A stretch of 64,000 nt of DNA, from positions 434,001 through 498,000 of the forward strand of contig BROI01000002.1 of the NCBI GenBank assembly GCA_027923505.1, read 5' to 3'. A program made the translations under genes and the position numbers. Origin of the DNA: Mayamaea pseudoterrestris (taxonomy: Eukaryota). Below are positions 54,258 through 64,000 of this stretch, in pieces; positions within the stretch are counted from its first letter, which is position 1, and each line of letters starts with the position of its first letter. Below the pieces are notes generated by a model. That model was not told where the DNA came from. It was given only the letters and a program-made list of their open reading frames with translations, and did no database searches.

Positions 54258-55322
54258 TCATGGTCTGGTCTCGTCTGCCAGATACACAAAATCATCTGGC
54301 AAGCCAAGAGGTGGAGGTACGCGACTTGTTCGTCCAAACATTTGAACGATCCACTTGGTACCTTGCGGCGGGAGTGATTCGTGTATAGTTCGGTCGTCCG
54401 CGACTGCAGACAGCGAGTCGGCGGGAAAGAATATGAGCGCCTTGCCCGGCTCCGGTTCGACGCCAAACTTTAACACATTAAAGTAGGTTTCTCCTCCACC
54501 TTCAACAATGTCATTCAAGTAGCAAATGCAGGTAATGACACGCTGTCCACCCGCATCCATCCATTCACTTCCGCGCGTTGGCGAGGCATCGCCATGCTTA
54601 GCAAAGACTGCTCCCGGATCATACCGCGTTATTACGGGAGCCTCCCACTTGTCCCATGCATGATTCGTACTGGTTGAAACGCGATTTACCAAATCCTTTA
54701 CAAACATCATATCATCTGGTTGATTGAGTGCAACAGCAACGCTGGTGCGAGATGAGTGATTTGCTTGGAAGCGAACTAAGGGAAGTATGAACCCGAAAGC
54801 GAGTAGTAGGCTCGTCGATAGTGCAATGCCAATGTTTGGGAGAGCTGCTTGTGCAATGATCTGCATGGAATGATCAGCACTGCCTCCATCCTGCAGGACT
54901 CGAGCAACTGGTGGGACTCCGGCTAACATAGAGAGAATTGAAAGCGGCCATAGCTTGCCAATGTCCAAGCTCACTTCTGGTGGATTCGATCTTGTCATGG
55001 GTCGATTGATCTTTTCGGCATATTGCTGGTATGCTCGGCATTCTTTTGCTGAGAGCAAGTGGTGGATTGTGTAGATCAACGGATCTTGGGACAAGACATT
55101 CGTTCGTGGATCTTTTAAAGTCTCTGCTTGCATGGCAACTAAATTGTATGACTCATTTGTAGCTATTTTGGTGCTGGAGGAGACAGTAGCGTATAGAGAC
55201 GTCGTCGATGCCGTCCATCCTTTGACAGTTGTTCGAGGCAAACAGAACCCACCAGTCTTGCGCGCAGTAGTGATAAGGATTATAAGCGTAAGGCTAAGAT
55301 CTACGTATACCGTCCATTTCAT
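54258..55322 (-). CDS. Prolyl 4-hydroxylase-like 2OG-Fe(II) oxygenase with two inserted hydrophobic segments, likely plastid-targeted
   Basis: LSQDPLIYTIHHLLSAKEC, RYDPG..FAKHGD, RVITCICYLND..GGETYF, GKALIFFP, TIHESLP, KWIVQ; signal peptide + GF. Confidence 0.85.
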   Translation of the reverse strand: MKWTVYVDLSLTLIILITTARKTGGFCLPRTTVKGWTASTTSLYATVSSSTKIATNESYNLVAMQAETLKDPRTNVLSQDPLIYTIHHLLSAKECRAYQQYAEKINRPMTRSNPPEVSLDIGKLWPLSILSMLAGVPPVARVLQDGGSADHSMQIIAQAALPNIGIALSTSLLLAFGFILPLVRFQANHSSRTSVAVALNQPDDMMFVKDLVNRVSTSTNHAWDKWEAPVITRYDPGAVFAKHGDASPTRGSEWMDAGGQRVITCICYLNDIVEGGGETYFNVLKFGVEPEPGKALIFFPADSLSAVADDRTIHESLPPQGTKWIVQMFGRTSRVPPPLGLPDDFVYLADETRP

Positions 55323-55539
55323 GTCAGGTTTGAATGCATTTCTAAAGTAGAATGAGTGAGCCAGAGACGCGGCGGAAGATCATGGCCTCGTGGCAAATCG
55401 TCGCAATCCTGCGAGTACCGGTACGATTTTGACAACCATCATTTTTGCGACCGACTCGGCACATTGCCAATCGAGCGACTTTAATTACCCGTTATTACAA
55501 AGACAACTGCGACGATAGTTTGTGCCAGTATCAAGGGTC

Positions 55540-56502
55540 ATGTTAAGGTGGAATAGTGCAGTCCTAGTTTTAATTTCTCTGCATCAAATACAGAATGGAC
55601 TTGCGTTCACACTGGCATCATCGTTCGCTCGCCCAACTTGGCTGCATTCACATCTCGAGTCAGCAGAAGCACCTGATGATGCCGAAAAACAAGGTGCCAT
55701 AAGAGATATCGATGTATTAAGCTCCGAACCAATTCGCACCCGAGAGCTGACACCGAATGAAATGATGAAGGCACTCAACACGTCTCCACGAAGGATACTT
55801 CTTTCTGGACTCGCTTCCACCACCATTGCACTGTCTGCCAACTTTCTAGGAGTTACTAGTAAAATACTGGAAGCTTTTCCAGAATCTGCGGTTGAAGCTT
55901 CTGGTCTAGAAGCATTGTATCCGAGAGGCAACTACAAGCGGTTTCGTGGCCAAGGCTACACTTTTCTATTTCCAAAGGAATGGGTGGCCGATAGTGCGCT
56001 GGAGCTGGCAAAAGCCACTCGACGAACGGCGAGTCTGGATTATCAAATGAACAAGAGGAGGAGTTCCGATGCTGCTAATAATGTCGTTCCTGATGCAGCA
56101 TTAGGGCCACCTGGCCGCTTGGATGGGCGTGGCGTTTCTCAAGCCGACACGAACGTTTCTGTCGTCTTATCGACTCTGCTACCGGGGTTTTCCTTGAGAG
56201 GGACCTTGGGAACTCCGACTGTGGCGGCAGAGACATTTTTGCGTGTCTCGCTGGCTCCCGAAGGATTGGGCAGAACTGCTTCCTTAATTGACGCATCTGA
56301 AGACGAGAGCCGACAGGTCTACGAGTTTGAGTATACCATTGATCGAGGCGATAAGGGACCTCCGTTGCGGGCTATTTCAATCATTGCCAGTATGCCGGGA
56401 GATACCCTGTTGACTCTGACTGTTGTGGCACCAGTCGAGGCATGGGCAACGAGTGACAAAAAGTTGCGGAAGATTGCGTCAAGCTTCCATTCAACCTATT
56501 AA
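55540..56502 (+). CDS. PsbP-domain thylakoid lumen protein
   Basis: Signal peptide + LAF, twin-Arg plus hydrophobic stretch, YTFLFPKEWVAD, TNVSVV, LGTPTVAAE, YEFEY, LLTLTV, IASSF. Confidence 0.8.
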   Translation: MLRWNSAVLVLISLHQIQNGLAFTLASSFARPTWLHSHLESAEAPDDAEKQGAIRDIDVLSSEPIRTRELTPNEMMKALNTSPRRILLSGLASTTIALSANFLGVTSKILEAFPESAVEASGLEALYPRGNYKRFRGQGYTFLFPKEWVADSALELAKATRRTASLDYQMNKRRSSDAANNVVPDAALGPPGRLDGRGVSQADTNVSVVLSTLLPGFSLRGTLGTPTVAAETFLRVSLAPEGLGRTASLIDASEDESRQVYEFEYTIDRGDKGPPLRAISIIASMPGDTLLTLTVVAPVEAWATSDKKLRKIASSFHSTY

Positions 56503-57011
56503 CTGCTATGTATGCTAACTTTCACCCATTACTATTCTGTATCAGTAGTTACGAACGCTTACAGTAGCAATTGGAAACTTGATGTTTATCGCAAACAGAT
56601 CTTACGATAGATGCTGCCGTGTCGGGGAATCTATCGTCACAAGCGATAGGGACAGCAAACCGCAAACGTCGCATGGTGCATCATCACAGCCCATCGCATG
56701 CGTCAATCAGTCAGTCGTCTGTAATTTCTGGAACTGAGTAAGCGAGGCAATATATAAACGAAACCCTTGACGCGTTTGATATTTACTCATGACAACACTG
56801 GCATAGTTCAAGGATGACATCATCCACGTCAACCTTGTTTCCACTTAAACCACTTATAGTGCTCTATGATGAAAGCAGTATTTGTGACACGTTGGTCATC
56901 GGCTTCTGACGTACTGAATCTTTTTCGTCAAGTTGCCGATTGGCCTTCCTATATTCGCCCGCAGCTCCATAATCTGCATCCAGATAAGCAACAACTGCAT
57001 CAAACGAGAAA

Positions 57012-57776
57012 ATGATGTGCAAGGCTGGATCCCAGAGTTTACTGGCCAAGGGCTCGTCCATCAGCTCTCTAAAATCTCTGTCTCCGTCATCCTCCGTTTC
57101 CGAATCTGGCGGACGACGACTTGGCCAAGGTCTGTCGCGGATGCAACGATCGTCATCATCGCTGTATTTGCATGGCATGTCCTTTGAATCATCGGCTTCG
57201 AGCAGAGGCAACTCATTCTCATCACAGCTACAGTCCAGTAACAAGTTTAAGCTACAAAGCGATGCTTCCGACACCAAGAAAAATCACTCGATATTTCACG
57301 AAGCAGGAGGAGCCAAATTGGCACCATACATCCTTCTACTGGCACTGGCAATTCAGATTCCGACAATCTTTGACGAGCTCGTTGAAGCCATTGACCAGCA
57401 TCTCCACTCAATCCCACTTCTTGTCATGTTTGGAATTGTTCCTTCAGTGTTTTGGATGCGAGGAAAGAAGCATTCGTCAATGAATGCGGAAGACGATGCA
57501 CCAAGGTCACGAGAGGAATTCTTGTCCATGATCCGGTCCATGGCTTCTGTAGAATCTGTCAACCAATACGAGGAAACTCAACCAACACCGAGGTTTCGGC
57601 CGTCCTCGGACGCTCCCGCATTTGACGAATGGGGCCATTTTGCCGAGCTCGACGAGACCGCATTGGAGGAGAAGGATGTTTGCTTCATCATGAGCCCATC
57701 ATCCAGTCGTCGCTCCTCCACAAGCCTTGGCACCCTTCCCGAAGAGCTTGACGAGGAGGACGACTTTAGTTTCTGA
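57012..57776 (+). CDS. Hypothetical Ser-rich protein with two hydrophobic segments
   Basis: 254-aa ATG ORF with DEWGHFAELD motif and acidic tail. Confidence 0.6.
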   Translation: MMCKAGSQSLLAKGSSISSLKSLSPSSSVSESGGRRLGQGLSRMQRSSSSLYLHGMSFESSASSRGNSFSSQLQSSNKFKLQSDASDTKKNHSIFHEAGGAKLAPYILLLALAIQIPTIFDELVEAIDQHLHSIPLLVMFGIVPSVFWMRGKKHSSMNAEDDAPRSREEFLSMIRSMASVESVNQYEETQPTPRFRPSSDAPAFDEWGHFAELDETALEEKDVCFIMSPSSSRRSSTSLGTLPEELDEEDDFSF

Positions 57777-58203
57777 GTCAACTTTTGACCTCTGCTGCCA
57801 CAAACGAAATACTTCCTTGCAACGATCCACTTGTTGCTGCCAAGTACACTGCACATACACTACCAACTGCACAAATTGCTACTCCATTTTCGCTATAACT
57901 GTACATACATAATCAGCTACGCTATAAAATACGTTTTTTACTTCTTTGTGAGCATTGCAAAGGGCCGGTCAACACAGTACAAGTTCCGGTACCGTAGCTA
58001 TTCAATCGTGTACGATTAACCAACCAAAAGCCGATGCGATGTCTATCGGATATTTATGCGACATGGCATGTGAGGGCAGCGCAGTCGCGCACCGATCAAC
58101 AAGCTGACCACGATGAACCCGCAGATCTTCGAATGCAAGCAAACTAATCAGCACGTAATAATGTACAGACAGACAGCAAGGTTATAAAGGGTTTGGGGAT
58201 ATA

Positions 58204-59625
58204 ATGCGATCCATGCAACTGCCACATCGACTTCAAAAGGAGACAAATCCAAGCATTCGAATTCTCGCCATTGCATCCATGATAATTTCCTCCTCCCAGT
58301 CCTTTACTGTTCTGAGTCACTATCGACAACGTCTATCTCTGCTTGCTCGGTCGCTTTCGTCCGATATGGACGAGTTAATGAATGACGTTCTGAACGGCAA
58401 TAATTTGATGAACATGAACGAGCAAGCGCAGATTGATTCAGATAGTGGTAAGGGATGGATGACCATTGATTGGGAAAAGGCTTCGACGGCAATGAATCAG
58501 CAATTCACGAAACCATCTCCAGTGGAAGCACTCATGATTGACGATCGACTCGTGCACCTCAAGCGCGACGACCAGTTGCGGCTGCCGGGTTCGCAAATTT
58601 CAGGCAACAAGGCACGAAAGATGCTGGCTCTCAGCAATTTGGCATCAACAGACTTTCCTCAATGCATTGTGAGCTACGGAGGTCCTCAAAGTAACGCCAT
58701 GGTGGCTCTCGCCGCCGTGGTTCGCTATCGAAACGATGAAGATCGTGGAATCGGCTTGGATCCAAAAAGGTTCGTCTACTACACCAAGAAACTTCCTCGA
58801 TTTCTAAAGAATCAACCGAGCGGGAATCTATTTCGGGCCATGTCTTTAGGAATGGAGCTTGTGGAGCTTTCACCATCTGATTACAATCAACTGTTTGGTG
58901 GCGAGTGGGGAGGCCGTCAGAGCGCACCGCAAGCGTTGAATCCACCCGTTCCAGGCAAGTCACTTTGGATACCACAGGGAGGCGCATCAATCATGGCACT
59001 GGATGGAGCCCGGCAGCTTGCAACGGAGATTCGAGATTTTTGGTCAAGGCGAGGAGAAGGCCAGCCGCTCTTGGTGTTTGTTCCTGGGGGTACATGCTCG
59101 ACGGGCGTGCTGCTTCATCGAGCGATCAAGCAGCAATCGAAGGAGCACGGCGACACGGAATGTGACATTGAGGTGGTAGTTGTTCCGTGCGTCGGTGATG
59201 AAGAATACGCCCGCCGTCAAATGATGATGCTGAATGCTGCAATAACTGCGGAATCGGCGGATGACATACCAATCATTTTGCCACCCACTCCCATTCCATC
59301 AATTTGCAATGATGAACCTGCACTATCTACCTCTGATAGTCAGTATTTTCAGTTTGGAGAGCCTCATGCTTCAATTCTCGAAACTTTTCGCCGCATGGAG
59401 GAGGAGCATGAGGTTCCTGTTGACCTCCTCTACAACGCACCAGCGCTGACCATCATGTTTCGTCACTGGCGCACTACTTTTGCCTCGGATGCAAGATATG
59501 CAAACAAGGCCATTATGTACGTGCATAGTGGCGGATTGGAAGGCGTCAACAGCCAATTGCTGCGTTACCGACACAAGGGTTTAGTGGAACTTGACGACAT
59601 TCAACTCCCAGGACGCAAACAATGA
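58204..59625 (+). CDS. PLP-dependent ACC deaminase / D-cysteine desulfhydrase-like enzyme
   Basis: HLKRDDQL, SGNKARK (PLP Lys), SYGGPQSNAM, WIPQGGA, PGGTCSTG, VDLLY, YVHSGGLEG. The N-terminus may be a targeting peptide and the start is uncertain. Confidence 0.88.
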   Translation: MRSMQLPHRLQKETNPSIRILAIASMIISSSQSFTVLSHYRQRLSLLARSLSSDMDELMNDVLNGNNLMNMNEQAQIDSDSGKGWMTIDWEKASTAMNQQFTKPSPVEALMIDDRLVHLKRDDQLRLPGSQISGNKARKMLALSNLASTDFPQCIVSYGGPQSNAMVALAAVVRYRNDEDRGIGLDPKRFVYYTKKLPRFLKNQPSGNLFRAMSLGMELVELSPSDYNQLFGGEWGGRQSAPQALNPPVPGKSLWIPQGGASIMALDGARQLATEIRDFWSRRGEGQPLLVFVPGGTCSTGVLLHRAIKQQSKEHGDTECDIEVVVVPCVGDEEYARRQMMMLNAAITAESADDIPIILPPTPIPSICNDEPALSTSDSQYFQFGEPHASILETFRRMEEEHEVPVDLLYNAPALTIMFRHWRTTFASDARYANKAIMYVHSGGLEGVNSQLLRYRHKGLVELDDIQLPGRKQ

Positions 59626-60259
59626 GCGAGAGGTGCGCTGCCTTCTTCTAAACCCTTTTTTGTGCAGTTGTACATCATGTTGATTTGCAATTAGAATGGT
59701 GGCAGGCTTGCAATAGTCCATCTCACTTTGGCAATTATTACGTCGTATTCTCGATGTTTGCGAGATGAACGATTGGTGCAGCGGCGGGAGAATGTTCTGC
59801 GCCGCGGTTGCAAAAAGTCGGTGAATGTTGGCTTGATTCGCACTTGGCTTACCTACCACCTGTTCGTTCCGTATGTACATAGGCAATTTGTGCAAATCCT
59901 GTATGCAGTGTATACAACGATTAGATAACCGACTAAACAATCCAGTGAAGACAGCGTAGTCGCATTGGTCATTGAAATGAGTCATTCTTTGTTCAGTCGG
60001 TCATAGAAAAGCACGACACTGAAACAAAGTGTACACATCTATGATGTTGCACGTGACTCAACGAACAGCTTCAAGTGGCAAGGACGACATCGAGTGACCG
60101 GAGTTGCGCCGTCAACGATGATGATCACACCGAAGGCCAAACTGCCTGAAGAAACAACTGTTAGCCTTGCAATCAAATACATCTCTGTAGAGACTAGTTG
60201 AAGGGGTTGGTATTTGCCTGCAAAAGTTAGCTACCATAACGTCACGGTCCGGTTCCACC

Positions 60260-61865
60260 ATGATTCTTCTCCCAGAGGATTTTCAGCCTGGCGAAGATGA
60301 TGGTGCGTCGTCGCATGTGTTCCATTGGCATCATTTTGTTGAAGTTTCGTCATCATATTTTCACTTGTGTGTTGACACCGACATTGCGTGAATGATGAGC
60401 TTATTGCATTCCTGTTTCTTACGCTGTCTGAACTGCTTTGCCGTCACATTCAACAGTGATCTGCGGTCGCGGAAAGAAATGTTACAACCACCTTGGCAAC
60501 GAACGATTTCGTATACACGTCATGGGTATGCTGGATGAGTACTCGAGAGCAAAGTCGAAACTCGACAAGTCGGGCGTTCTTGCGACAGTCGTTGCTCAAA
60601 TAAGATCCAAGACGCCGAATGGGGGATTTGTAAAGCAAGATCAGTATGATCGATGGTATGAAGTAGGAGATTTCTTGGCCAAGGAGAAAACATCGCAAGC
60701 TTTTCGCGATGCTTTGCATGAGCGATACAAGTCCAGTAACGTTTCGAAAAAGAAGCGACGACAGGAGGAACAGACGCGAGCGATCGATCGATTCAGAGGG
60801 ATTTCGCGGTCACACTCCGACGGCCCGGGGATCGAATGGCTAGCTCTTTCGGGAAGTGGCGATGGATCCATGTCTACTAGTAAGTCAACGTACGGTTTGT
60901 GTTGGTCTTGTTTGTTAATCATTGGCATTACGCATGATGCTCAGCTGCTGTCTTGTAACTATCGAGCAGGAACAACAGGTGCCGACATGTATCAGACCGC
61001 AAACATGGAAGCTTTAGCCCGGCTTAACAGAATGAACGATCTTAGCTTGTCGGCAAATCGTTTAGACAGACCCCAAGCACCCATGCGCGCACACAGCTCG
61101 TTAGGCTTCAGTAGTAGTTTTTACTCGGAAACAATTGGAAGTAACAGCGATCCTCTCATTGGCGATTTCGCGCAAAACAACTCATATTTGCCCAGCATGG
61201 CATTCTCAAGCGGTAGCTTGACACAATCACATGCATCGTCGTCATCTGTTCCTCCTTCGCCAATGATGTATGGGTCAATGCCAAGCAGCAGAAACGTTGG
61301 ATCGCAGGAGCCTTTGGATGCCTACCAGACATCAACGGCGCAGAATGATTTGGAAATGTTTGACATAATCTCACCACCAAGCAGGGCAACACAATTTGTT
61401 GGTCGATCCTTTTCTGACCAGTCGCATCATTCCATGCCCGACTTGACTCGGTCTTCCGACTGGGGCCCGACGGAACCGCGACCCGGAAATCGAAAGCGAC
61501 ACAACTCGGCGCCAGACTTGAATTACACTGGCGACGATGATGACTCGATTGACGACGTGGAGCTTGATCCCATTCCTTATGAGGAGTTTACCCCGCGGCC
61601 ACCGTCGCCGAGAAAGACAATCGGCATGGAGCAGTTCAAGAAACCAATCTCCATGACGCTCAGTCCAACGTCTCCATCCGTGGCTGTTTCGGCTGACCTT
61701 TTGGCATGTTTAGAGAAGCTGAATGGTTCCGCCATTACCGACAATAATCCATTTGAACCAATGCCCATGAGAAATGATCGCAGTACAGGAATGATGGATG
61801 AAGAAAAGGTGAACAGGAAAATGCATCAGTCGGCCTTTGACAGGCTCCAGCCGCCACTTACCTAA
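60260..61865 (+). CDS. DUF6824-like diatom protein; exons 60260-60302, 60457-60879, ~60970-61865
   Basis: Splice gives PGEDDVICGRGKKCYNHLGNERFR...KLDKS...GGFVK..WYEVGD.LAKEKTSQAFRD. A probable second intron (GTAAGT 60880 to CAG 60969 or 60978) is in frame and stop-free. Confidence 0.85.
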
Positions 61866-62046
61866 TGGCTGTGATATTTATAATAAGAGTAAAAAGTAGG
61901 TTTTTTCACATAGACGAATTGTTCATCCATCTACCGGTATGGGTATTTGCTTTCCTGCCAACACCTTGATACGTCCTCGGCAGGAATCACATAGCGTGTC
62001 GCATCGGTCTCATTTTATCCATCGACGTCGCTGCAAAAATGTGACC

Positions 62047-63465
62047 ATGGCACAAACTTGCATTCAGCGACTTCCATCTGGAGCAGGCATGAACCATCCT
62101 TCGCCAAACGATATTGTCAGTGATGATGAAGGAGAAGAGCTCGTGCTGGTCGCAATGAAAGAAATACATTTAGACAGCCAAAACGGCAACATCAGCGTAA
62201 CGAACGCCTCTGAAACTGTCACTGATAATGCGCAGCATTTCGTTCTTCCGCCTTGTCCGGTCACAATCCTCAGCGGCTTTCTCGGCAGCGGCAAGACGAC
62301 GCTCATTAGCTACATTTTAAAGTCGCCAGATCATGGGAAACGGATTGCTGTCATTGAGAACGAATTTGGAGACGGCCTCGACGTTGAATCCATGATTGCG
62401 CGCGATGGTTCGCAAAACAATGCCAGTCTTCAGGAACTGATCGAGTTACCAAATGGATGCGTTTGCTGCACTGTCAAGGATTCTTTGGTGTCTTGTCTTG
62501 AAAATTTGATTACGAAACGCAAGGATCTGGATTATATTCTAATTGAATGTTCCGGAATGGCGAATCCCGGTCCGATCGCGAGCTTGTTTTGGTTGGATGA
62601 TGCTCTCGAGTCAAGGCTGCGCCTGGACGGCATTGTCACCTTGGTGGACGCCAAGCATATAAAGCAGCAGTTACAAGAAACGGAGGAAGCGGCGCAGCAA
62701 ATTGCGTTTGCGGATCGAGTGCTTCTGAACAAGACGGATCTTGTCGAGTCGACGAGTGAGGTGCGAGTCGCGATTGAAAAAATACACCCCACAGCTAACA
62801 TAAAAGAGACGACTTATTCGCAGGTCCCAGATCTTGACTGGATATTGGACGCCAACTGCTACTCGGCGGATCGTTTGGAGGAACTGGAGCGTGCATCCGG
62901 TGCGTTGCATGCAGGTCAACATCATGGCAGCAATGGGCACCATCACTCGCATGACCACGATGATGCAGCTTGTAGCATTTGCATGACACATGGCCATCGA
63001 CATACATCCGATATATCAACCATATCGCTGGTAGAGTCTGGAACCATTGTTTTGATACGCCTTGACCGGTGGCTGGGCTCGATTCTTTGGCCCAATCAGG
63101 ATGAGCAAGTAAGCAGCTCGGATGATGGTTCCAAAGGCAAGTATTCCTCTAATACTAGCCAGCAAGTCTCAGCGCATTTCAAACAAACAGGTCCACAAAT
63201 CTATCGCATCAAGGGTATACTATCTGTCAAGCACTGTCACGGCTACGATCACGAAGATGAAAGTTCCGAGTACATTGATGCGGCAACTGGAATCGATTCG
63301 AGGCGACACATTGTCCAAGCCGTGCATGACTTGTGGGAAGTTCGTCCAGCAAGTGATGCTTTGCAATGGAGCAAAAACGAGGAACGAGTCTGCAAGCTTG
63401 TCGTGATTGGGAAGCGCTTGGAGAAGGAGAACTTGCGGAAAGGGTTTCGAGCGTGCTTTGATTAA
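62047..63465 (+). CDS. COBW/COG0523 G3E GTPase metallochaperone (ZNG1/CBWD-like)
   Basis: VTILSGFLGSGKTT, IENEFG, NGCVCCT, IECSGMANP, LNKTD, His-rich linker, YRIKG, KLVVIG. Confidence 0.95.
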   Translation: MAQTCIQRLPSGAGMNHPSPNDIVSDDEGEELVLVAMKEIHLDSQNGNISVTNASETVTDNAQHFVLPPCPVTILSGFLGSGKTTLISYILKSPDHGKRIAVIENEFGDGLDVESMIARDGSQNNASLQELIELPNGCVCCTVKDSLVSCLENLITKRKDLDYILIECSGMANPGPIASLFWLDDALESRLRLDGIVTLVDAKHIKQQLQETEEAAQQIAFADRVLLNKTDLVESTSEVRVAIEKIHPTANIKETTYSQVPDLDWILDANCYSADRLEELERASGALHAGQHHGSNGHHHSHDHDDAACSICMTHGHRHTSDISTISLVESGTIVLIRLDRWLGSILWPNQDEQVSSSDDGSKGKYSSNTSQQVSAHFKQTGPQIYRIKGILSVKHCHGYDHEDESSEYIDAATGIDSRRHIVQAVHDLWEVRPASDALQWSKNEERVCKLVVIGKRLEKENLRKGFRACFD

Positions 63466-63687
63466 CTTTTACTGTGGACAATAAATTATCAGACGATCGG
63501 ACAAACAACATCATGACTACATGGCAACAGTTGGACTGTATTTAATGCAGAGTTTCAGCAGCAGCGGGTGAAACTCCTCAACAGATTTGTTTAAAGTGAC
63601 GATTAAGAAGTGTTTATATTTATACTTCTAGCTTGCCCAAGCATATTCTGTGGCGGCGAGACAACTGCACGTTACTTTTTGCACTCA

Positions 63688-64000
63688 TCAATGGTTTAAT
63701 TTCTTTACATAGTAGCTAATGTTAGCCGAGTTTCCCGCCCAGAATGGCCGCCAGCGAAATCCAGCATCCTTGTATCCCAGGCTTGCGTAAAGTTTCACAG
63801 CCGCCTCATTGTCCGGATCAACGTGAAGGTAAAGCCGGGATGCCTTCCAACGCGTCGCTGCAATGGACTCGACACACTGTACCAGCGCTCGACCAATACC
63901 CTTTCCGCGAATCGTTTCGTCCACGGCAAGGTTGCTCAAGTAAGGTTGCAAAATGTCATTTTGATGCGAGTCACGGCCTATTCCAAACGTTTTTGCAAGC
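63688..64000 (-). CDS. GNAT N-acetyltransferase, C-terminal part (gene runs off the window)
   Basis: PYLSNLAVDETIRGKGIGRALV, LYLHV..DNEAAVKLYASLGY. Confidence 0.9.
   Translation of the reverse strand, partial: LAKTFGIGRDSHQNDILQPYLSNLAVDETIRGKGIGRALVQCVESIAATRWKASRLYLHVDPDNEAAVKLYASLGYKDAGFRWRPFWAGNSANISYYVKKLNH

Noticed and set aside
1..64000. tRNA, rRNA or snRNA genes
   Set aside because: None recognised by eye; a covariance-model scan (tRNAscan-SE, Infernal/Rfam) would be needed to exclude them.

Overview
Eukaryotic nuclear DNA, most likely from a diatom. Evidence: compact genes with 80-150 bp GT-AG introns, signal peptide + (A/G)F plastid-targeting presequences, RXL-type processing motifs, HSF and DUF6824-like factors, and diatom-type Copia remnants. 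The window opens inside a Ty3/Gypsy pol ORF whose RNase H-integrase linker looks like a degenerate C5 cytosine-methyltransferase fold. Recognisable genes include UCHL5, SNAPC3, a GT32 glycosyltransferase, a plastid cytb5-fused desaturase, a sirtuin, an OSCA/TMC-like channel, NUP62, EIF3G, MON2, an HSF, a P4H-like oxygenase, a PsbP-domain protein, an ACC-deaminase-like enzyme, a COBW/ZNG1 GTPase and a partial GNAT. Most unusual elements: (i) four clustered secreted precursors, each with a conserved 6-Cys ~29-aa peptide framed by RXL/basic sites and ending in Gly-basic (possible amidation signal), next to a sulfotransferase-like gene; (ii) a ~3 kb array in which 27-bp palindromes with compensatory changes recur every ~170-180 bp and which encloses a duplicated gene fragment; (iii) a silaffin-like KxxK/RXL protein and a secreted SET-domain gene with an in-frame 1014-bp tandem duplication; (iv) two nested, opposite-orientation Copia elements, apparently fused by deletion to the 3' end of MON2. 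All product calls come from motif recognition by eye, with no database searches.
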